Below, piece by piece: positions 9,705-17,982 of a stretch of DNA of 64,000 bases. A model generated the notes under the pieces. It searched no databases and was not told where the DNA came from. It saw only the letters and a list, made by a program, of their open reading frames with translations. Position 1 is the first letter of the stretch, and each line of letters begins with the position of its first letter. Origin of the DNA: an uncultured Acholeplasmatales bacterium (GTDB taxonomy: Bacteria; Bacillota_I; Bacilli_A; ML615J-28; CAG-698); contig CALEGD010000065.1 of NCBI GenBank assembly GCA_937877075.1, positions 13,906 through 77,905 on the forward strand, given 5' to 3'. The translations under genes and the position numbers were made by a program.

Positions 9705-11042
9705 TTAGAATCTTAACATTTTTTGTAAATTACCATTGAGAGTATCAAATGAGAATTTCTTGTTACAGATTTCATAATTCTTATTTACATAATTATTATA
9801 CTTTTCTTGATCAGATAAGACTTCCAGTAAATCTCGGGCGGCTTTTTTTACCGCTTCCTGAGGAATAATTCTTAATGGTTTAACATCATAATATTTACTA
9901 CCTAAAAGGCATAGTTTAAGACCTAGTTTTTTAATATCATTCTTATAGACAGGATATTCAAAAATTGTCAACGGCTTTTTCACAAGTGAAGCTTCTAGAA
10001 TATGATTTCCCCAACCTTCCAAGATTGAGCTGACAATAACAGCATCCGAAAGATAATAGGCATCCATATATGAATACTTTTTTTCTGGTTCTTCTTGTCT
10101 TTTGTTTCCAATAATACGATTGATATAAGTATTATTAATATTTTTCATCTTCTTGTTCAGTTCCGAAAAATAATCACTACCTAAGGAGTCATCAATACCG
10201 GAAAGTAGGAGATGAAATTTTGAATCTTCAGATAATACTTTACCATTATAAAGACTTCTTCCCACATATTCCGTTTTCAAAGCTTCCAACTCCGCAATAA
10301 AATCAACACTGAATTCAATCGTTTTTCGAGGTGCAATCCGGCTAGGATTGAAAATGATTATATCATTCTCCGCCGTTCCGATATAGTTGCGGATTTCATT
10401 AATTATCTTCTCATCTTTTTGGAGATAGTTATTAAAATTAATGGCCTTATAAAGGACATCGGAGTAGAGTCCTCTACGCTTTAATAGTTCCCTTCTCGCA
10501 AGATTACTGATGACATAATGCTTGATATTGAAAAGGTCTGGGAGTAGATAATTATCCAAAATCTCTTTTACAAACTCTACAACCGGATGTGAATACAATT
10601 CTCTTTCCCAATAGATATCACTATTAACACAAATAAATTTGATCTTCTTATTCTTTTTGGCATAATTAGTAAAGGCAATACTTGCCGGTAGATTCCAACC
10701 GAGACTTAAGATATTGGCTACAAATATGCATTCAATTTTCTTCTCTTTTACTATTTTATCCAAGCTTTTCTCTATATTATCCGCCCGTTTGAAAATTAGG
10801 TCTTTCAATTCATCGGGACGAGAATAATCATTGAAGGAAAGATAACAATTTTGATTAATCTTCAAATTGAGCTCATCATGAAAATGGATACCATCAATAT
10901 GATAATTCTGTTCACTTTGAGCCGAGCCGGTAATATAAATTACCTGATGACCCAGTTTTGTTAAGCATTCATACCATTTCTGCATCTCTAAGGAGACGCC
11001 GTCCGTATCGTTAATTCTATAGTGGGCGAGGGCAATATTCAT
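9705..11042 (-). CDS. GT-B fold, GT4-like retaining glycosyltransferase (or GT4-fold phosphorylase), copy 1
   Basis: 445 aa. C-terminal EX7E motif EGWGNHILEA. The N-terminus MNIALAHYRINDTDGVSLEM is nearly identical in pattern to the paralog at 32056-33405 (MMKILLAHFRVGETDGVSLEM). Confidence 0.5.
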   Translation of the reverse strand: MNIALAHYRINDTDGVSLEMQKWYECLTKLGHQVIYITGSAQSEQNYHIDGIHFHDELNLKINQNCYLSFNDYSRPDELKDLIFKRADNIEKSLDKIVKEKKIECIFVANILSLGWNLPASIAFTNYAKKNKKIKFICVNSDIYWERELYSHPVVEFVKEILDNYLLPDLFNIKHYVISNLARRELLKRRGLYSDVLYKAINFNNYLQKDEKIINEIRNYIGTAENDIIIFNPSRIAPRKTIEFSVDFIAELEALKTEYVGRSLYNGKVLSEDSKFHLLLSGIDDSLGSDYFSELNKKMKNINNTYINRIIGNKRQEEPEKKYSYMDAYYLSDAVIVSSILEGWGNHILEASLVKKPLTIFEYPVYKNDIKKLGLKLCLLGSKYYDVKPLRIIPQEAVKKAARDLLEVLSDQEKYNNYVNKNYEICNKKFSFDTLNGNLQKMLRF

Positions 11043-12739
11043 GATTTTACCCTCGTTTTCAACCTATCCTTGAAAATTAAATAGACGGAAACAGTCCACA
11101 TATAGGCACTATCATCATAACCGATTCGTTGAATTGCATCATAGTTTTCATATATTCCGGATTTGTCGATTTCAATTAAATTGACATAGCGAGTGGCAAT
11201 TTTTTCCGCAAGTTTGAAATAACCGGCATTAACTAATCCGTCATAAATACAAAATACCGGAGGGGCCCAAACTGGGCCGCGCCAATAAGCATTAGGTTTA
11301 ATGGCGTCACCTTTTCGGTGATCGTAATATTCACTGGTTACGCATTCGGTTGCCAGCGAGCTTTCCAAAAGAAAATGATTTTCTTTACTGATTTCGGAAG
11401 CTAGAGCTTCAAAGATAGCCGTTGGCAGTAGTTTCCCAAGCATGATTGGCACCATCTTAATTAAAGAGGTTGTCTTGTATGGTTTTTCTTCCGCATCAAG
11501 ACAATTAAATTCGCCATCATTAAACATATGCTTTGCCATATTCTTAAGAATTTGATGAGCCTGATTTTGGAAGTTTTCTGCTTCTTTTTGGAAACCTAAT
11601 TTTAAAGCTATTTTATTGAGACAGAAATAAAGGTAAACCATATAAGAATTCAAATCAGGAGTATAAGCAGGCATTCCGCGGTCAAAGCAGGTGGCGTTAT
11701 CCCAACCGCTATCAAAAGGGTGGCGATAGAAGTAGAGTCCTGTATTACCTTTATTCTTTTCCCAATAATTTGCTAGTTTTTCAAGTCTTGGATATAAATA
11801 TTGTAAATCCTTCAGGAGGAATATTTCTTCATCATTCATTAATTTCAGAATGAAGAAACCATGAATTGGCGGTTTTGTAAACCAATCGACTTGAATGAAA
11901 GGATTAACGGCATCAAGAAGACGCCCGTCTTCTTTCTGTAAATCAAAGAACAACAAAATATTATCCCTAGCTAAGCTCTTATTACTTTTCGATAAAGCTA
12001 GAGCATTAAAACAATTGTCCCATGACCAGACATTATTCATTAACTTTTTGGAAATAGCCGTTGCATTACGGGTTAGGTGACCACATTTAGAATATTCGCC
12101 ACTCCAAAGGATATAAGTGGCAAGTTCATGAACCGCTTCGACCGGTTGATAGCAATCTTTGAATTTTTCAAAATCTTGCCGGATTTGTTCCTTTTCAAAA
12201 AGTTCTCCTTCAGGTTCCTTTTGTACAAATCTTTGCCAAGCAGAAATAACAAAATCCGAGGTTTCTTCACAGGTAATGAAGAAGCGACGCAGTTCTGGGC
12301 GATGCTTTAAAAAACCTTCTTTCAATGTTAATTTAATATCATAAAAGGTAATTGGCAAATAGCCGCGGGCATAATCAGCCCCGACTTCAATATTAACCCA
12401 CTTTGACTCATCTGAATCGTGTTCCAAAACCAGACCCATATTTTTTGTTTTAATTTGTAAACTTGAAAAGTGAGAGAAATAAATCTCTACATAACCGAAG
12501 TTACTTTCAAAACGGAGGCATTCAGGGGTGCAAACAGTCTGATAACTGATGAAGGTTCCTTCAGAATCGGTAGGAATAAATCTTAAAATATGGTCGGAAA
12601 CCTTTTTCCTGCCTGTCCCCCATTCTGGTCTGATCAAACTACGCAGCCAGATTCCGTTGCCAAGAATCGATTCATCCTTTTGGATAGCGAGATATGACCC
12701 TGGGTACGAAAACGGTACTTTTACAATATCAATATTCAT
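11039..12739 (-). CDS. (alpha/alpha)6-barrel glycoside hydrolase, GH63/GH100-like (glucosyl-/mannosylglycerate hydrolase or neutral-invertase type)
   Basis: 566 aa, no signal peptide. Motifs RHPFDSGWDNATCFDRG and WRGPVWAPPV resemble the GH63/GH37-clan catalytic region. Start overlaps GT4-like copy 1 by 4 nt. Confidence 0.5.
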   Translation of the reverse strand: MNIDIVKVPFSYPGSYLAIQKDESILGNGIWLRSLIRPEWGTGRKKVSDHILRFIPTDSEGTFISYQTVCTPECLRFESNFGYVEIYFSHFSSLQIKTKNMGLVLEHDSDESKWVNIEVGADYARGYLPITFYDIKLTLKEGFLKHRPELRRFFITCEETSDFVISAWQRFVQKEPEGELFEKEQIRQDFEKFKDCYQPVEAVHELATYILWSGEYSKCGHLTRNATAISKKLMNNVWSWDNCFNALALSKSNKSLARDNILLFFDLQKEDGRLLDAVNPFIQVDWFTKPPIHGFFILKLMNDEEIFLLKDLQYLYPRLEKLANYWEKNKGNTGLYFYRHPFDSGWDNATCFDRGMPAYTPDLNSYMVYLYFCLNKIALKLGFQKEAENFQNQAHQILKNMAKHMFNDGEFNCLDAEEKPYKTTSLIKMVPIMLGKLLPTAIFEALASEISKENHFLLESSLATECVTSEYYDHRKGDAIKPNAYWRGPVWAPPVFCIYDGLVNAGYFKLAEKIATRYVNLIEIDKSGIYENYDAIQRIGYDDSAYMWTVSVYLIFKDRLKTRVKS

Positions 12740-12772
12740 AATTTTCTCCTCGATTTTTTATTCTTTTTAGAT

Positions 12773-12809
12773 TTGATTTTTTAATGATTTTATGGTAAAA
12801 TATTATAAT
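12773..12809 (+). promoter_or_regulatory. sigma-70-type promoter for the enolase-superfamily gene
   Basis: -35 TTGATT (12773-12778), 17-nt spacer, extended -10 TGgTAAAAT (12793-12801), a second TATAAT at 12804-12809. AGGA RBS at 12814-12817, 11 nt before the ATG at 12829. Confidence 0.4.
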
Positions 12810-12828
12810 TTAAAGGATGTGATACTAA

Positions 12829-13953
12829 ATGAAGATAAAACAAATTAACCCAATTGCAATTGAATTACCATTGCAAGAAACAATTTATACATCTTTCGGA
12901 AAAATGTCGACCAGAAAACATTTAATTATCGAAGTCGCGACTGAGGATGGAATCTTTGGTTATGGTGAAGTATGGACAAATTTTCCATACTATAACACCG
13001 AAGATAAACTCAGTTTATTTCAAAATTATCTGATTCCCTTACTGAAAGGTTTTGAATTTAATACTCCTGACGAAGTTTACCAAGAGATGAAAAACAAAAT
13101 CCTTAATACCGGTGCCGGAAAACAATGGGGTGCTTATGGACATTTGAAACAAGCCATCAGCGGTATCGATATGGCAATTTGGGACATATATTCAAAAAGC
13201 CTAAATAAACCTTTATATCAAGTTTTAAGAAATGATTCAAAACCAATACCAATTAAGGCTTATGCTAGTGGTCTCGGACCAAATAATGTCACAAGGACTA
13301 CTACTAACGCTCTAGATAAGGGCTTTAAAATGTTTAAACTTAAAGTTGGTTTTTCTTTGGAAAAGGATTTAGAAAATCTTCAAGAAATCAGAAAAGTTAT
13401 CGGTGATTCACCACTCTTTCTTGATGCAAATCAAGGTTTTCAAGATGCGGAAACTGCTATTTTTCATCTCATGAAATATTCACCTTACTCATTTGAATTT
13501 ATCGAAGAACCGGTTTTAGCTCACGATTTCTTTGGTTTAAAGAAAGTAAGGGATGCAGGCTTTAAAATTTCAGGAGGCGAAAACAATTATAGTCTCTTGG
13601 AATTTAAAAACCTTCATCATCTGAATTGTCTTGATATTTATCAACCGGATATCGGAAAATGTGGTGGGGTCTCAACAATGAGAGAAATAGTTAATTATCT
13701 TGAAGAAAATGAATTAGCTTTTGCACCGCATATGTTTTCTACAATAATTGGGCAAACCGCAACACTTCACTTCTTAACAGCCCATCACGGACTCTTTATG
13801 GAAGTCGACGGAAATGATAATCCGGCCTTACACTCTTTGGCTTTAAGGACTTCATTTGATTTTAAAGATGGAATCTTTTACTGTAATGATCAGATCAATG
13901 GTATTGGAGTTGATCTAGACTTCGATTATTTAAATAAATACAAAATCAATTAA
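12829..13953 (+). CDS. enolase-superfamily enzyme (mandelate racemase/muconate lactonizing enzyme family)
   Basis: FKLKVG (KxK motif), LFLDANQGF and EFIEEP metal-ligand motifs, C-terminal barrel residues. The only plus-strand gene inside the minus-strand sugar locus. Confidence 0.7.
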   Translation: MKIKQINPIAIELPLQETIYTSFGKMSTRKHLIIEVATEDGIFGYGEVWTNFPYYNTEDKLSLFQNYLIPLLKGFEFNTPDEVYQEMKNKILNTGAGKQWGAYGHLKQAISGIDMAIWDIYSKSLNKPLYQVLRNDSKPIPIKAYASGLGPNNVTRTTTNALDKGFKMFKLKVGFSLEKDLENLQEIRKVIGDSPLFLDANQGFQDAETAIFHLMKYSPYSFEFIEEPVLAHDFFGLKKVRDAGFKISGGENNYSLLEFKNLHHLNCLDIYQPDIGKCGGVSTMREIVNYLEENELAFAPHMFSTIIGQTATLHFLTAHHGLFMEVDGNDNPALHSLALRTSFDFKDGIFYCNDQINGIGVDLDFDYLNKYKIN

Positions 13954-13968
13954 TTTAAAACCTAAGTC

Positions 13969-14002
13969 AAGAGGAAGCAATCTAATGATTGTTTCCTCTT
14001 TT
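13969..14002 (+). terminator. rho-independent terminator after the enolase-family gene (convergent junction)
   Basis: 14-bp arms AAGAGGAAGCAATC / GATTGTTTCCTCTT with one mismatch, TAAT loop, followed by TTTTA. Confidence 0.5.
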
Positions 14003-14019
14003 ACTTAGTTTATTTTTAA

Positions 14020-17000
14020 TTAAGCAGTTCTTCTACTCTTGATAACAAAGAATACAACAGTTCCGGCAGTTAATACGGCAATTGCACTAAGGATGATTGC
14101 GATCAATGAATTCGATTGAAGTTCTACATTAATAGTAAATACTTGAGTAATGTCTTCAAAAGCATCAGCGGAAATAGTGACTGTTATTTCATAGGCACCA
14201 GCTTTTTCCCCAACAAATTTACCATTTGTGAGTTCAACTTCTTGATTATCAAATTTAACCTGATAATTTAGAGTATATTCAGTTTCGCTAAAATCTTTAG
14301 AATCAATATTTACATAACTCGTAAGATCAATTTCTGAGCCTTTTTTAACTTCAACTTCTTTGTCTTCTGCAGTAATAACAGGCACTTCTTTCACAACAAT
14401 ATTAATTACTTTTTCAACAGTTTCAAAACTGCTATCATCAGCATTAATAGTAATTGTAAAGGTGAAGGTTCCGGCTGCGGCAGGAATCGTCATCTCAGTA
14501 ACTGTAACATCGACTTGTCCGTTTTTCACAGTATAAGTAACAGTATACTCATCAGTTTGATAAGAGTTTCCAACGATTGTAAATAAGTCATTAAGATTAA
14601 TAACTGTTAATGAACTATCTTTTGAATAATTAACAGTATCATTAGAAACAGTAATACTTGGAGCAACTTTTACTAATGTTAGAGAAACAGTTTCTTCTAC
14701 AGAAGTAAATTCACCTTCATTTGCAGGAACAACGCTTGCTTTTACAAGATAGGTTCCGGCATTTGCTTCTAGTAATGAACCTTCTAGATTAACTGGGTTA
14801 CCGTTTAGGGTAACAGTATAGAGAACTTCCGCATCTTCAAATGAACCCTTAGAAACGTTGAATAAAGAAGAAATATCAAATGTTTCACCGTTAATATTGG
14901 CTTCTACGGCATCAGAATCTACTTCAATGCTTGGAGCAGTTTCTGCAGTAACCAGAATTGTAAAGGTCTTTACAACATCAAGGAAGGCATCTTCATTAAC
15001 CGGTTTTAAAGTTACAGTAATTTCATAATCACCGGCAAAGAGGATGGCGTTATCCACTAGCGGAAGATTAGAAGTAATTATCACTGTATAAAGATCAGCA
15101 AAAGCACCATCATTGATTGAAAAGAAATCTCTTACATCAATACTGTCAATTTCTCCATAGATTAATTTTCCAGCACTGTTTTCCGCAATTACGGTAGGAA
15201 CATCAACAACCGTAAATGTCAGAGTAATTGTATATGTTTCAAAAACAGCTTCTGTACTTTCGATAGTGAAAATAATGGTTTTAGTGCCTGCCGTATAGGC
15301 ATAGTTTTTAAGATCACTGATGGAAGCAGTTCCGTCATGAGCTGTAATATTGTATTCTGTTTCTTCATATCCGTTTGCAAGAACATTCAGTAAACTTGTA
15401 AGATCAAAGACACCAGCATTTCCATAAATAGTGTGAACATCACTATCCAGTGTTACTTCCGGCACAACAATATGCATTTCTTCAGGAAGTTGTTCCGGCT
15501 GAACACTATTAAGACTTATCACCGCTTCTCCATTAGCAGAAAGGCGATTTTGGACAGTTTGGGTTACACCATTGATGGTTACATCCGTAAGATAATGAGA
15601 ATACTGAACTGAACCTACGGATGATGCCGATGAGTTAACCGAAGCATCATTAACGAAGGCACCATTATTATCCATACCTAAAACTGCGACTGATTCTTCT
15701 AAACCACGGTATTCAACTGCAAAAGCAGTACCGTATTTTGCCTCATTATAGCTTGGACTTGGGTCAATAGAAGTGTTCACAATGAAAGCATTGACATTGT
15801 CAATCAAATTAGAAAGATCAATATTCGGGAAATTAGTTTCATTATAATAATTACGAATATAATCCAAATAGAAAGGGGCTTTCGCTAGAGAACTGATATC
15901 GCCGACGAAAACTACAAAAGTTTCACCGCTTTGGATATAAACTTCATTAGTTGGAGTAATTTCAGTAAATGAACGTTCGACCTCGGTATTTACAAATGTT
16001 GCTAAGGTTGTCACATAATTAGTCTCACGGTTAATGAAACCATCGGTAAAAGCACCGTCTAAAACAATGTAATCATAACGTTTGATAACAACATCTGATA
16101 AGGCAAGTGGTTTATTGGTATTATTATAGATTTCAATAAAATCAGCCCTTTTACTTCTGATTGCATTTGCTTCAGTAATAATAAGTTTTTGGGGAACTTG
16201 TTCTGGCATAGTTACTGAAACTGTATTTGGAGCTTCAACATTGCCGATTGTTCCGACATTACCGATTAAGTCTTGAGCAGAAATATAATAATAGAGTTGT
16301 TCTACTTTTACATTATCTAAAGTAATGGTATAAAGATTGTTTTCACCAGGAATTAGATTTACTCTATTATATTCAGCGTTTCCGATTGCTTTATAGAATA
16401 AAGCCGGAACATTGTCCGTTGATAGTTCTACATTGTCAACAATCTCGACAGAGAAACTAACACTGTCTCCATAGGCCGGACTTTCAGTAACTACTAAATT
16501 TGAAAGTGTCGGAGCAATGGAGTCAACCATAGCGGTTAAAACGACAGTCTTAGTAAATGTTTCAAAATCAGCACTTGAGAAAGTGACTGTGATGGTATAT
16601 TCACCTTCACCGTTTATTGTATAATTTCCGTCAACAACAGGAGTATCAAGTTCGTCTCCTTTTCTTGCGGTAAGAGCAAAATCAAATTCACTCCGATAAA
16701 AACCACCTTCATTTATTTTTAATAAGTTCTTTAAATCAATGGTTTTTACATCTTCCGATGTTTGAAGACCGATAATAGAATCAGCAACCTCAATATTGGG
16801 AAGTTCTTTTTCAATACCAAAATTGATTCCGACTTCACGATCGGCAGTTACTCTGGACTGAACGGTCAGAACTTCTTCACCAAACTGGACATCTACAAAA
16901 TAAGCAGAGTAATGAACTGATGTAACACCTGCAGTCGCAGAAAATGCATTATTGGTTGACTTGTCGGTAAGCGCAGCGCTTCCGTCATTATTCATACCAA

Positions 17001-17967
17001 CAACAGCTTTTGTGATTTCAGCTTCTTCATATTTTACAGTCCAGAGAGTTCCGTATGCTGTATCTTTATAACTGGCACTCGGATCTGGGATGAGGGCAGA
17101 ATCAGCTGAATAGGGGTCAGAAACAGCTAGGAACATCTTTGTGTTTGCATAAGTAACGATATCTTCGCTATTTACTCCGAAAGGTCCAACTCTGCTGGCA
17201 GTATATTGAGCGGCCAGATATTCAAAGTTGAAAGATGCTGCCGTATCGGCAAGTCCACCTTGTTCAGTAGAAACTGCGGCGGTTTTTCCAATAAATACAA
17301 CAAAAACTTCACCAGGTTGAATTTGAACTTCATTTTCAGAAGTAATTCTTTCCTTAGTTTTGCCATCAGGTGCACTTAAAGCCATCAGAGCTTCGCCTCT
17401 AAAGGTCGTATCATCAACTACTAAGACTCCTTCTTGAACTATATATTCATGAACAGTAATAGCTAGTTTTGATAAGTCAATTGGAGTTACACCGTTATTT
17501 TTAAGTTCAATAAAATCATATCTTCTTCCATTGACAGCATTTGCTTCCGTCACCATAATCTGTGGTGCAAGATAATCTGCCTTTGGAGCTACACTAATCC
17601 GATGAGGATTACTTGACTCACCACTTAAAAGAGTTTCTGTGGCGGTGACTACTTCAAGATAGTAATAAATGTAAGGGACAACAGCAACATTCCCAGAAAG
17701 AATTGCAGTATAATTCCCTTCTGTTTCCATAACCATATCGAGTTCGTTGAACTTAGTGCTCTTGCCATAAGTATTGTAATAAACTTTTGCCGAAATGACT
17801 TCTCCTTCAACTAAGGCATTAAACTCAATATCAGTAGCATATTCAGCATTTGTAACAACTGTATGTGTCAGTTGTTCCGCCGCCGAAAGACGGACATTTT
17901 TAGATGCTGCCAGAGCGAAGGTCAGCAACATCACTAAGATAACCGAAATTGTTAGTTTCTTCTTCAT
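14020..17967 (-). CDS. very large surface protein with two lamin-tail domains (LTD) and Ig-like repeats, C-terminal TM anchor
   Basis: 1315 aa. N-terminal signal peptide. LTD-like segments IMVTEANAVNGRRYDFIELKNNGVTPIDLSKLAI and LIITEANAIRSKRADFIEIYNNTNKPLALSDVVIKRY. C-terminus LIAIILSAIAVLTAGTVVFFVIKSRRTA. Last gene of the long minus operon. Confidence 0.6.
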   Translation of the reverse strand: MKKKLTISVILVMLLTFALAASKNVRLSAAEQLTHTVVTNAEYATDIEFNALVEGEVISAKVYYNTYGKSTKFNELDMVMETEGNYTAILSGNVAVVPYIYYYLEVVTATETLLSGESSNPHRISVAPKADYLAPQIMVTEANAVNGRRYDFIELKNNGVTPIDLSKLAITVHEYIVQEGVLVVDDTTFRGEALMALSAPDGKTKERITSENEVQIQPGEVFVVFIGKTAAVSTEQGGLADTAASFNFEYLAAQYTASRVGPFGVNSEDIVTYANTKMFLAVSDPYSADSALIPDPSASYKDTAYGTLWTVKYEEAEITKAVVGMNNDGSAALTDKSTNNAFSATAGVTSVHYSAYFVDVQFGEEVLTVQSRVTADREVGINFGIEKELPNIEVADSIIGLQTSEDVKTIDLKNLLKINEGGFYRSEFDFALTARKGDELDTPVVDGNYTINGEGEYTITVTFSSADFETFTKTVVLTAMVDSIAPTLSNLVVTESPAYGDSVSFSVEIVDNVELSTDNVPALFYKAIGNAEYNRVNLIPGENNLYTITLDNVKVEQLYYYISAQDLIGNVGTIGNVEAPNTVSVTMPEQVPQKLIITEANAIRSKRADFIEIYNNTNKPLALSDVVIKRYDYIVLDGAFTDGFINRETNYVTTLATFVNTEVERSFTEITPTNEVYIQSGETFVVFVGDISSLAKAPFYLDYIRNYYNETNFPNIDLSNLIDNVNAFIVNTSIDPSPSYNEAKYGTAFAVEYRGLEESVAVLGMDNNGAFVNDASVNSSASSVGSVQYSHYLTDVTINGVTQTVQNRLSANGEAVISLNSVQPEQLPEEMHIVVPEVTLDSDVHTIYGNAGVFDLTSLLNVLANGYEETEYNITAHDGTASISDLKNYAYTAGTKTIIFTIESTEAVFETYTITLTFTVVDVPTVIAENSAGKLIYGEIDSIDVRDFFSINDGAFADLYTVIITSNLPLVDNAILFAGDYEITVTLKPVNEDAFLDVVKTFTILVTAETAPSIEVDSDAVEANINGETFDISSLFNVSKGSFEDAEVLYTVTLNGNPVNLEGSLLEANAGTYLVKASVVPANEGEFTSVEETVSLTLVKVAPSITVSNDTVNYSKDSSLTVINLNDLFTIVGNSYQTDEYTVTYTVKNGQVDVTVTEMTIPAAAGTFTFTITINADDSSFETVEKVINIVVKEVPVITAEDKEVEVKKGSEIDLTSYVNIDSKDFSETEYTLNYQVKFDNQEVELTNGKFVGEKAGAYEITVTISADAFEDITQVFTINVELQSNSLIAIILSAIAVLTAGTVVFFVIKSRRTA

Positions 17968-17982
17968 GTTTTCTCCTTTTTC